Positions 17,219-25,329 of a DNA stretch of 52,249 bases are shown in pieces. The number at the start of each line of letters is the position of its first letter. The first letter of the stretch is position 1. This DNA comes from a virus. Its lineage: Duplodnaviria > Caudoviricetes. Where the stretch lies: IMG/VR virus record IMGVR_UViG_3300045282_000164, positions 1 through 52,249 of that record; one strand, given 5' to 3'. A model generated the notes under the pieces. The model was not told the DNA's origin. It was given only the letters and a program-made list of their open reading frames with translations, and made no database searches. A program made the position numbers and the translations under genes.

Positions 17219-18057
17219 CACATAAACCAAGACTCCTCGACCTCTTTTGCGGTGCAGGCGGCGCAGCAATGGGCTACCACCGCGCAGGGTTTGATGTGGT
17301 CGGCGTGGACATCAAGCCGCAGAAGCATTACCCCTTCGAATTTCACCAGGCCGACGCCATGACATACCCGCTTGACGGGTTTGACGTGATCCATGCTAGT
17401 CCGCCGTGTCAGGGATACTCGGAAGCAACTCCAATGGAGCACAGAAGCAAGACGCCGAAATTGATTCACGAAGTACGCAATCGATTTTACGGTGAGGGGG
17501 TTCCTTATGTTATCGAAAACGTAGAAGGTGCACGTAAGGAGTTGTATTCACCAATAATGCTTTGTGGCTCGGCGCTCGGGCTACCGATTTGGAGACATCG
17601 ATATTTTGAGGTTAGGCCAAACTTTTTTAACTTGCTTCCCTGCTGCGATCATCGGCGGTATCCGATCACTGTTCACTCGGGGAGTCATACCAGAAAAACT
17701 TTTGTTCCTGTGCTGTGTACCGGAGGAGGCGATGGTAAGAGTAAGAGAGCTGTCCGCAAACATCACCGACCACGAGAATCGGCTGATGTTGTCAGGTGGG
17801 CAATGAGGATCGATTGGATGGTACAAGGCGAACTGACACAGGCCATCCCCCCCGTTTACACGGAATTCATAGGCAAACAACTTATGAAATACCTTGAAGT
17901 TTGCCCTAACTGCGGTGATGGTTCTGGTTGGCAATTTGTAAATCCTTACGGTTGGGTTGCTTGTGCCGATTGCAACGATGATATGAAGAAGCCAAAACCA
18001 CTTAGGCCTATGATTGATCAACGTCGAGCAATCCGTAACGATGATCGATCCGGTTGA
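17215..18057 (+). CDS. DNA cytosine-C5 methyltransferase
   Basis: LDLFCGAGG (motif I), SPPCQ (IV), VIENV (VI), RHRYFE, QAIPP. Confidence 0.92.
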   Translation: MTHKPRLLDLFCGAGGAAMGYHRAGFDVVGVDIKPQKHYPFEFHQADAMTYPLDGFDVIHASPPCQGYSEATPMEHRSKTPKLIHEVRNRFYGEGVPYVIENVEGARKELYSPIMLCGSALGLPIWRHRYFEVRPNFFNLLPCCDHRRYPITVHSGSHTRKTFVPVLCTGGGDGKSKRAVRKHHRPRESADVVRWAMRIDWMVQGELTQAIPPVYTEFIGKQLMKYLEVCPNCGDGSGWQFVNPYGWVACADCNDDMKKPKPLRPMIDQRRAIRNDDRSG

Positions 18058-18335
18058 AAGGGCGGCATTGAAGGCTTTTTATCCCTGTGTCTGGAAACGT
18101 ATTCAAGCCCTAGAGGAGCAGGTAGATACCAAGTGGGGCATGGGCGGGAAGATATACGACAAGAACCAGCTTTCATTGTTCTGCGCTGATTGTGATTCAC
18201 CTAAATAATGTGCCAAACCGACACTTTGTGCTTGCCAATAAATTATTCTTGGGGTATGAATAGGTTGTTTCGTGCTTAGTCATCTCGGGGCTGGGCAGGT
18301 TCACGACTGTCCAGCCCCTCCCTCGTGAAAGGGAA

Positions 18336-18500
18336 ATGAATTTAGATTCACAACTAATACTTGATTACCTAGGAAAGTTCTTCGCACTAACAGCGCTTGC
18401 TGGCCTTGTCGTGGGTTGCGCAATGGTATGGGCCACGCTGATATCCGGTATTGTGCTCGGCATTATTACCATCAAGGAATATTTCCAGGCTAAAAATTAG
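18336..18500 (+). CDS. Small membrane protein, 54 aa
   Basis: Manual translation MNLDSQLILDYLGKFFALTALAGLVVGCAMVWATLISGIVLGIIT.. Confidence 0.5.
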   Translation: MNLDSQLILDYLGKFFALTALAGLVVGCAMVWATLISGIVLGIITIKEYFQAKN

Positions 18501-18734
18501 ATGGATAAATCCAAACCAGGCCAGAAATTTATGAAAATAATTATAGGATTAGTTTGTGGATTGCTTCTTGGCTTTATCGCCACTATCGGTGCCCAGGTTG
18601 TTAGAACGTATAGGTGCGATGAAGCAAGGTGGACAGGCCCTGTAGAATTAACCGATTTTCACCAGACAATTGAACTAGGGTTTTGCCCTGATGGTTTAGT
18701 TTTGTGGAGGCCGCAGGCAAGAGAACATAATTGA
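18501..18734 (+). CDS. Membrane or exported hypothetical protein
   Basis: Hydrophobic segment IIIGLVCGLLLGFIATIGA. Confidence 0.6.
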   Translation: MDKSKPGQKFMKIIIGLVCGLLLGFIATIGAQVVRTYRCDEARWTGPVELTDFHQTIELGFCPDGLVLWRPQAREHN

Positions 18735-18737
18735 GTG

Positions 18738-19064
18738 ATGGATAAGTCCAAGCCCGGTAAAGCTCTCTCCCCCGAACTCAAAGCGGTTCTAGATCCCATC
18801 TATCGCCGCGATCCCATACGTTACCGTCACATTGCTCGGTTTGTTTGGCTTATGCAGAAGAGAAGCTGGCCGGATCAGGCAATAGCCCAGGCGTTTACTA
18901 ATGCCGGTGAGCGGATCCACGAGGCAAGCGATTGGTGGGCTTATATGACCTCGCTAATGCGCAAGGCGTATAGGCAATCGTTTGAGGCGGAATCGGATGG
19001 GTATAAACGAGGTGATTTGAGCAAGGTAGGTGCCGTTTTGGCACGTATGGCAAACTGTAAATGA
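18738..19064 (+). CDS. Hypothetical helical protein, weak resemblance to replication-initiator C-termini
   Basis: ..IHEASDWWAYMTSLMRK..LSKVGAVLARM. Confidence 0.55.
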   Translation: MDKSKPGKALSPELKAVLDPIYRRDPIRYRHIARFVWLMQKRSWPDQAIAQAFTNAGERIHEASDWWAYMTSLMRKAYRQSFEAESDGYKRGDLSKVGAVLARMANCK

Positions 19065-19318
19065 TTTATTACGTTTACCCGAAGATTTTACCCTGGAAAG
19101 ATTCGTTATCTCTGGAAAGTAATTTACCGTTCAGGATTTCATTGAATGGTGACAGGCCGGATGATTCGGCAGGTTTTCTGATGGTTTTTGAGACTATGGA
19201 AGCGTTTAACAAATTCGATGCTGGTGAAGGGTTAAACCCGGTCATTGTGTACCCAATTAAGCAACCTGATGAAGTTCAACCAAGTAAAGCAATGCCGGGA
19301 TTGCCGGTATCGAAGTGA
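19061..19318 (+). CDS. Hypothetical protein
   Basis: Coupled ORF. Confidence 0.55.
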   Translation: MIYYVYPKILPWKDSLSLESNLPFRISLNGDRPDDSAGFLMVFETMEAFNKFDAGEGLNPVIVYPIKQPDEVQPSKAMPGLPVSK

Positions 19319-19365
19319 CGTAGTGGACGATTGGATTAGTCATAGGCTTTTACACGTGGATTTGA

Positions 19366-19893
19366 ATGACAAAGAGACTCCAATACTCACAACTTAGGAA
19401 GATGGCACTAGAGAAGCTTGGCGCTAAGTGTCGGCGTTGCGGCTTTAAGGATCGGCGTGCGCTTCAGTTTGACCACGTTCACAGTAATGGAGCCGAGGAA
19501 CGTCGCCAGTATGGAATGCGCAATCTGGAGGTCATGTATGTCAAGATCATTGAAGGCAATACGACCGACTATCAAATACTTTGCGCCAATTGTAATTGGA
19601 TCAAGCGAGCAGAGAAAAACGAGAATCGATTAGGTTCGAGTAATTACAGCAGGATTAAGCATAGGTCTTCATGGCGGGCAGACGTAAAATTGCCCGCCCA
19701 GGCAGTTCACGTTAACGGACCCGTCGCATCCGTCTTTAATTCAAGCAGCGGCCAGGAACCGGACCCCGACCAGAACAGGGGGCAGCGAGCCGGTTTTGAT
19801 TTGGAACGTGGACCCCGAGATACAGTGTCAGAAGAAATACAAAAGCCAGGTGAACAAATGTCCAGCCTGGCTAATGTAACGACTGACCTATAA
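19366..19893 (+). CDS. HNH endonuclease with a low-complexity C-terminal extension
   Basis: LGAKCRRCG..LQFDHV..YQILCANCNWIK. Confidence 0.85.
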   Translation: MTKRLQYSQLRKMALEKLGAKCRRCGFKDRRALQFDHVHSNGAEERRQYGMRNLEVMYVKIIEGNTTDYQILCANCNWIKRAEKNENRLGSSNYSRIKHRSSWRADVKLPAQAVHVNGPVASVFNSSSGQEPDPDQNRGQRAGFDLERGPRDTVSEEIQKPGEQMSSLANVTTDL

Positions 19894-19999
19894 CGGTATT
19901 GGCATACCTGTCCTAGTAATCTCACACCTCTCGTGGATTATCAATAGGGACAGAGAGGGAATCGCTACGGGAACGGGTGTGTCCTAAAGATTTGGAGGT

Positions 20000-20194
20000 G
20001 TGATGGACTTCGACGAGCGGGCGGAAGAGATAGTGGATTTTATGGTGTTTAACAACCGTGGGGATAGAGTTGATTTGATTGCCGCCGCGCTCCGTGAGGC
20101 TTATGAGGCAGGTTTACAGAAGGCAATGGACACGGTTGATAGGCGCGGGCTGGTTTCAATTAATCAGCTAAAGGCCCTCAAGGTGAAATCCTGA
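20000..20194 (+). CDS. Hypothetical protein
   Basis: GGAGG SD; IAAALREAYEAG. Confidence 0.6.
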   Translation: MMDFDERAEEIVDFMVFNNRGDRVDLIAAALREAYEAGLQKAMDTVDRRGLVSINQLKALKVKS

Positions 20195-20360
20195 TGGGCT
20201 TATTTGTTTGGGTTTTACTTCTCACAATTGGCGGTAACGATAATTACTTAGGTGTTTATAGGACTCAGCAATACTGTGAGATCATCATGGCAGGGCTCAA
20301 GATAGAGAAACCGGCGCGTGTGCTACGGTGCGAGAAGCAAGAGGTGAGGGGCTAATCAAA

Positions 20361-20792
20361 ATGACACAATCAGAAGTCAACGCACACATGGCTAAGTTTA
20401 AGCCTACGCGGGCCCAGGAACGACGATTGGCCAAATTGACACCCAATCCCAGGCCTCAGCAGACTGATCGGCGGACCTCCCATAAGTACGGTGCCGTTAA
20501 AACCGAGATTGACGGGTATAAGTTTGACTCGAAGCGTGAAGGCGAAAGATACCGCGAGCTGGTGTTAATGATAGCAGCCGGCGAAATAAGCGGGTTAATT
20601 GTGCATCCGGTATGGCCGATCCGTCATAAGGATGTGGATATCTGCTTTGTCATTTTGGATTTTAGCTACTGGGATAAGCGAGCGAATACAATTGTGCATG
20701 AGGATGTGAAGGGTTTTGACACGGCGGTTAGCCGGTTGAAGCGTAAGTTACTGCTCGCCTTTTATGGAATTAATGTGAGGGTGATTAAATGA
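20361..20792 (+). CDS. DUF1064-like PD-(D/E)XK endonuclease
   Basis: HKYGAVKTEIDGYKFDSKRE..DFSY..EDVKG..LKRKL. Confidence 0.85.
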   Translation: MTQSEVNAHMAKFKPTRAQERRLAKLTPNPRPQQTDRRTSHKYGAVKTEIDGYKFDSKREGERYRELVLMIAAGEISGLIVHPVWPIRHKDVDICFVILDFSYWDKRANTIVHEDVKGFDTAVSRLKRKLLLAFYGINVRVIK

Positions 20793-21139
20793 GCGAAGAA
20801 CTTATTAGGCAAGCAAAGACAGTGTTTTCGGATCCTCATGCCGAGATTACCCGCCTCGAGCGGGAGAATGCTGAGCTGCAGGATAAGATAGTCGGGCTGG
20901 AAAAGGATAATAAACAAGCATTCGAGCTAGGTTGGCAAGCCGGCAATGATGCCCAAGAGTTGATGGAGGAGAAAATAGCTAGGTTGGAAAAGGTGGTGGA
21001 GGCGGCAAGCAAGGTTATGGCTGTCTACAATGACTTCCCTGATGGTGATATGTGCTTGGCCATGCAGGAATTTAGTGGATTGAATAATGCTATCGCTGAC
21101 ATAAATTATCCTTGCACAAAGGGCCAAAGTGGCACATAA
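20789..21139 (+). CDS. Coiled-coil hypothetical protein
   Basis: EITRLERENAEL..KIARLEKVVEAA. Confidence 0.65.
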   Translation: MSEELIRQAKTVFSDPHAEITRLERENAELQDKIVGLEKDNKQAFELGWQAGNDAQELMEEKIARLEKVVEAASKVMAVYNDFPDGDMCLAMQEFSGLNNAIADINYPCTKGQSGT

Positions 21140-21507
21140 TGAATCCATGCCATGCCCATATTGCGGATCTGGCCCTTATCCTCATTTGACATCGTGTCCA
21201 CTTTATAGACCAGTGAGCAAATGATCCTCGGCATTATCTACGGCCTGGTTGGGAGTTTTGTGTATTTCGTGCTGGTGATGTGGCTGGCGAATTATTTGAT
21301 TCCATGAGGTGGGAGCCTGCCAGAAAACCCGCGTTATCTATCAGGCGAGGGGGGATTAGTCCCAATGAATGATGCCGGTTCCATGTGGCTTTGGTTCCAT
21401 GCCGAACAAGTAACAAAACTGATCGCCGATCCACAATTCATCTAAATGCCAAATGCTATCAGGAAATTCTTGCAATCCTCTGACGATATCTTTAGTTGAA
21501 TACATAA

Positions 21508-21744
21508 CTAATCCTCCTCAATCATGGTTAGTTGGCTGGCGTCAATCCATTTTTGGCCCTGGCCACCGATCGGCTCGATCAGGGCATCAATGCGGCCAAA
21601 GGCTTTCTTTGTGTCTAGGATACGGACCGGGAATTTCATGCGGAGATTAGAGAACATAGCTGTTTTACCAATGAGATTAGATAGAGCAATGGTGCTCATT
21701 TGTGCGTGGAATTTGGCTGTGTCTTCTGGTGTGCGTTCAATCAT
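21508..21744 (-). CDS. Hypothetical protein
   Basis: GAGG SD; VRILDTKKAFGRIDALIEPIGGQGQKW. Confidence 0.7.
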   Translation of the reverse strand: MIERTPEDTAKFHAQMSTIALSNLIGKTAMFSNLRMKFPVRILDTKKAFGRIDALIEPIGGQGQKWIDASQLTMIEED

Positions 21745-21952
21745 GGGACACCTCGACGATCTTAGCCAATTGGGCCTTTGCGTTATCAGAAAAATCACGG
21801 GTATCAATAGTTTCCATAAGATGCTTCTTGCACTCACGGTAGAAACCAACGGAGTTGAGCTGGACTATGTCAGTTAGTACAGCATACCCCTTGCGTTTAC
21901 AGCCAGCGAAAGCACAATGGCCACCGCGTTCAATTCGTATTTCCAATGTCAT
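21737..21952 (-). CDS. Hypothetical protein
   Basis: AAGGAGG SD. Confidence 0.65.
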   Translation of the reverse strand: MTLEIRIERGGHCAFAGCKRKGYAVLTDIVQLNSVGFYRECKKHLMETIDTRDFSDNAKAQLAKIVEVSHD

Positions 21953-21984
21953 TTTCGTTCCTCCTTGGTTGAGCACGTTAATGG

Positions 21985-22167
21985 TTAGCACAGATGAGAT
22001 ACGCCAAGCCGCTTTGCATTTTCATAGGCTTGCTTTGTCTTCTCTTCAATGGCTCTCTGGCCTACTGTGGTTACAAAGACTGAGCCTAAATAGCGGTCTT
22101 CCTGCTGTAATGCGAACTCATAGGCTTTCACGGCTGCTTTCTGTTCCTTGGTCAACTTGGTTTCCAT
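21985..22167 (-). CDS. Hypothetical protein, first gene of the leftward operon
   Basis: AAGGAGG SD. Confidence 0.65.
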   Translation of the reverse strand: METKLTKEQKAAVKAYEFALQQEDRYLGSVFVTTVGQRAIEEKTKQAYENAKRLGVSHLC

Positions 22168-22195
22168 GTTCATGTCCTCCTTGCCTATTATACTT

Positions 22196-22211
22196 AGCAA
22201 GCACAATGCCA
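22196..22211 (-). promoter_or_regulatory. Sigma54 (-24/-12) promoter
   Basis: TGGCATTGTGCTTGCT, exact GG-N10-GC spacing, just upstream of an SD. Confidence 0.7.
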
Positions 22212-22360
22212 ACGAGATTAATCAATGAAATCAATGCTAGGTGTTATAATTAGTAGGGATAACCAGTCAAACTTGTGTGAGGTTAATACGGATTAGTGGT
22301 TGACTAATCATACAGTTTAGGGAAGCACGGACTTAATATTTCATCGTTTAGGGGGCAATA

Positions 22361-22834
22361 ATGACACCATTGAGTGAGGCTGCTAAGGCCGTGGAGCTGG
22401 TGGAGACGTTGGGGTATAGCAGTAGCAAGGCTGGATTGGTATTGGGCTTAGCTAAGCATAGTGTGACGGATATTATTAACGGGGTTAGTGGTTGGAATGA
22501 GCGCAAGCAGGAACCCCTCTTTGCACGCTACCGCCAGGAACAGAAAGCAATTCTCATCCATGCCATGACCCAATTGACCAGGGAAAGCCTGATTCATGCC
22601 TCGCAAAACCTTCATAAGGCCTCGTATTCACAGGCAATTGTTGGATCAGCCATTTTGATTGACAAGACAAGGTTGCTGGCCGGCGAGCCCACCGAGATCA
22701 CCGCCAGCATTGAGCTTCACGCGGTGGGCAGCCTGGATAAGCTAGCGAATTTATTGAGCCAATCCCTGGTTGGCGAGGGCAGCATGGGGGCACCTATGGG
22801 GGCACCTGTGGACATTACCCCAACTAAAGTCTAA
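22361..22834 (+). CDS. terS: Terminase small subunit, putative
   Basis: N-terminal HTH; KASYSQAIVGSAILIDKTRLLAGEPTEI. Confidence 0.65.
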   Translation: MTPLSEAAKAVELVETLGYSSSKAGLVLGLAKHSVTDIINGVSGWNERKQEPLFARYRQEQKAILIHAMTQLTRESLIHASQNLHKASYSQAIVGSAILIDKTRLLAGEPTEITASIELHAVGSLDKLANLLSQSLVGEGSMGAPMGAPVDITPTKV

Positions 22835-23234
22835 TCATATCATATGCTTGCAAGGTTAGTTCTGTTCCTAGTTAGGCAATCACATTGAGTGTTAGAGTAG
22901 CGGATGGTATGGGCTTGGGGCGGCATGGGCTTCCCCCCACCGTCATGTGGGTTCGCCAAGGAGTCCTTTCTCCCCACCACAACATTAAAAAAGGCCAAAT
23001 AAGTGAATGAATACAAGGTTTATCCTCCACCTGGGCATAAATCCTGTGAGCACACCCGAGGCCACTGCACGATTTGCCAAATGAAGTGGGAAGTGTATGA
23101 ATACGTTTACGATTTGGACGAAAAGCAGCGGCTTGAGCTTTACCGCTGGATGCATGAGGTATTGAATTGCCGGATCTACTAGGCCAATTTTCCCCCACCA
23201 CAAATAATAAAAAGCGTCTACTTGTCTAAATGTC

Positions 23235-23263
23235 TTGACAGCCACATGTCTACTAGTTACATT
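23235..23263 (+). promoter_or_regulatory. Sigma70 promoter, likely leaderless transcript, overlapped by GTCT(A) repeats
   Basis: TTGACA-N17-TACATT; ATG 6 nt downstream. Confidence 0.7.
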
Positions 23264-23269
23264 GTCGAT

Positions 23270-23605
23270 ATGTCTAAAGTAGACTTTCACATCAAGTTGG
23301 ACAAGGAATTGTTGAAGCGGCTGCGCGTGCATTGCGTTGAGGTTGAGCGGAGTGTTGGGGAATTTGTCGCTGTCGCAATTCAGGAAAAGCTGGCTCGCAC
23401 AACGACTGTTGACCTCAAGAACGGCTCAAAGATTACCCTGACCAAAATGTCCGACGAGGATTTGAATGCAGGGACTAAATTGGATCAGGTGATTACCGAT
23501 CTTCCTCCACCGGAGGAAACCAAGGTTGAGCCCAAGCCCAACAACCACAAGCTAGGCCGGACAGCCACGCACTACGTTAAGGATGAGTTTACGCAGGATT
23601 CGTAA
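23270..23605 (+). CDS. Ribbon-helix-helix transcription regulator
   Basis: VDFHIKLDKELLKRLRVHC..RSVGEFVAVAIQEKL. Confidence 0.75.
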   Translation: MSKVDFHIKLDKELLKRLRVHCVEVERSVGEFVAVAIQEKLARTTTVDLKNGSKITLTKMSDEDLNAGTKLDQVITDLPPPEETKVEPKPNNHKLGRTATHYVKDEFTQDS

Positions 23606-23636
23606 GGGCTAGGCTCGGGAACGAGGGAGGACAGGG

Positions 23637-23831
23637 TTGCCCAAGACAAATGATATGCTGCGCGACGAGTTGTCGGCCGAAATAACTGCTACTTTTGAAT
23701 TTCTCAAGGGAAATGAGGGTAAGCTGTTCGAATCACAAATTCGCAGTTTTGCCAATCAACAGACAATCATGATGGCACTCAGACGAATTTTGAAACAGCT
23801 TGGAGGGGGAAATGAACAAAATAGTTTGTGA
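23637..23831 (+). CDS. Hypothetical protein
   Basis: GGAGG SD; TTG start. Confidence 0.55.
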   Translation: MPKTNDMLRDELSAEITATFEFLKGNEGKLFESQIRSFANQQTIMMALRRILKQLGGGNEQNSL

Positions 23832-24051
23832 TGCTTGCATGGGTAAGGGTTATCAAGGTTGGTTTTTCTGGAAACGGGACTGCATGAAGTGCGCAAATTG
23901 GGGTTGTTTGGTGGACCAGCCGACGGCAGTTCCAGGCGAAATGCTCTCTATTCCTGACCCAAGACGATTGCGAAGCGTCTACCCGATGACCTACAGACCA
24001 GCAAGCAAGTGGGTTGAGTAAGGGCGAGTTTCCGCAAACGAGGGAGGACAA

Positions 24052-24219
24052 ATGAAGAGGTTACTTCAGGCAATAATTCTAGGTACGGTTTTTATGGGTA
24101 GCCTTGCCTATGCGCAGTGCACGACCCAGAGTTTTTACGATACCCGCACGGGCAGGATGACGGTGTGCACCACCTGCTACGATGCGAACGGGAACCCTAT
24201 TTCCACTATTTGTAGTTGA
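24052..24219 (+). CDS. Small secreted 4-Cys peptide, 55 aa
   Basis: MKRLLQAIILGTVFMGSLAYA|QCTTQSFYDTRTGRMTVCTTCYDANGNPISTICS; GGAGG SD. Confidence 0.75.
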   Translation: MKRLLQAIILGTVFMGSLAYAQCTTQSFYDTRTGRMTVCTTCYDANGNPISTICS

Positions 24220-24225
24220 GGTTTT

Positions 24226-24621
24226 ATGGCTAAGCTAAGCGATTATGAGTTTTGGGATATGGTAAGGGGGGCGGTTGAGGAACGGTATAAGGGTAGCAGC
24301 AAAACTTGGCAAATAGAGCCTCCTCCTCCATTCTATACTGAAATTGTGACCGGCGAAATTCGGGAGCCGGTTGTGCACCTGCCTATCAACGAATTCATTG
24401 AAGGTGTCAAAATGGCACCTGCGGTTTGCGCTTTCTGCAACAAAGTTCATCCTGGCAATAATTACTGTGCAAGGGAAGATTGTTGGCCGTTGGCCAACCT
24501 GGAAACCCCCGCTTGCGGCAGCGTTGCCTATATAAAGGAGGAGCTAAACCAGCTCACCGACAAGGAGCGCCAGGAAATCTATGTGCACCTTTACGCGCTC
24601 GGGTGCCGGATCAATAGATAG
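24226..24621 (+). CDS. Hypothetical protein
   Basis: GAGG SD; CAFC motif. Confidence 0.6.
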   Translation: MAKLSDYEFWDMVRGAVEERYKGSSKTWQIEPPPPFYTEIVTGEIREPVVHLPINEFIEGVKMAPAVCAFCNKVHPGNNYCAREDCWPLANLETPACGSVAYIKEELNQLTDKERQEIYVHLYALGCRINR

Positions 24622-24630
24622 GAGGTAGTC

Positions 24631-24816
24631 ATGCCCAAGAAAGAAAAGGTAGCTAAGATAGCTAAACCCAAGAAAGTCAACCTGGACGAAGGCCACGTGA
24701 CTATATTGATGGCCCTTGAGAGTAAGGTGGCCGGGCTTCTGGGGCGGGTTGACGCTCTCGAAGCGAAGGTAAACGAGCTGGCGGCCGGCCAACCTGTGCC
24801 CCCGGCGGCCGCATAG
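24631..24816 (+). CDS. Small basic coiled-coil protein
   Basis: AGGAGG SD. Confidence 0.65.
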   Translation: MPKKEKVAKIAKPKKVNLDEGHVTILMALESKVAGLLGRVDALEAKVNELAAGQPVPPAAA

Positions 24817-24821
24817 GATGA

Positions 24822-25205
24822 AAGGTTAACGCCCTTGGGATAACGCCGCGTTCTCTCAAAAACGAGTATCAACCTAGCATCGGCTTTGTTAACAAGTACG
24901 GTTCCAACAGCTCGGAAGATCACAACGATTGGCTGATTTCGCAGAAGCGCACCCAACTTGAGCCAGAGCAGGCTCTTTTACTTGCCGTCCTAGAGGATGC
25001 TATCTATACCGCGGTAACCAGGATCACAATAACTCGCAAGGGAAAAAACACGCCGGAAAAAAAGAAAAAGGACCAGGCCAAGGCTCGGGCGTGGGTAAGA
25101 AGCAACGATCATTCCTGGGTTTGTTCCTTTTGTTGCGTGTGCGATGCGCTGAATCTGGAACCTGGCTACGTGCGGAAGTTGATTATGAAGAGATACGGCA
25201 AATGA
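24822..25205 (+). CDS. Protein-like open frame with no canonical start codon
   Basis: EPEQALLLAVLEDAI..ARAWVRSNDHSWVCSFCCVCDALNLEPGYVRK; the nearby ATG at 24818 is one base out of frame. Confidence 0.6.
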   Translation, partial: KVNALGITPRSLKNEYQPSIGFVNKYGSNSSEDHNDWLISQKRTQLEPEQALLLAVLEDAIYTAVTRITITRKGKNTPEKKKKDQAKARAWVRSNDHSWVCSFCCVCDALNLEPGYVRKLIMKRYGK

Positions 25206-25329
25206 AGTGGCTGGGTGACGATTATGATGAATCGAGCGGTGGATTTAGCCTTGGCGAGAGTATTTTTCTTGGCGGCCTTATAGGAACTTGTTTGGGTGTC
25301 GCGGTTCTGTTGTTGGCCCTATTGTTTTC

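Noticed and set aside
22872-23201. tRNA or protein gene between terS and the RHH gene
   Set aside because: No cloverleaf or T-loop consensus found; the ORFs lack SD sequences and motifs
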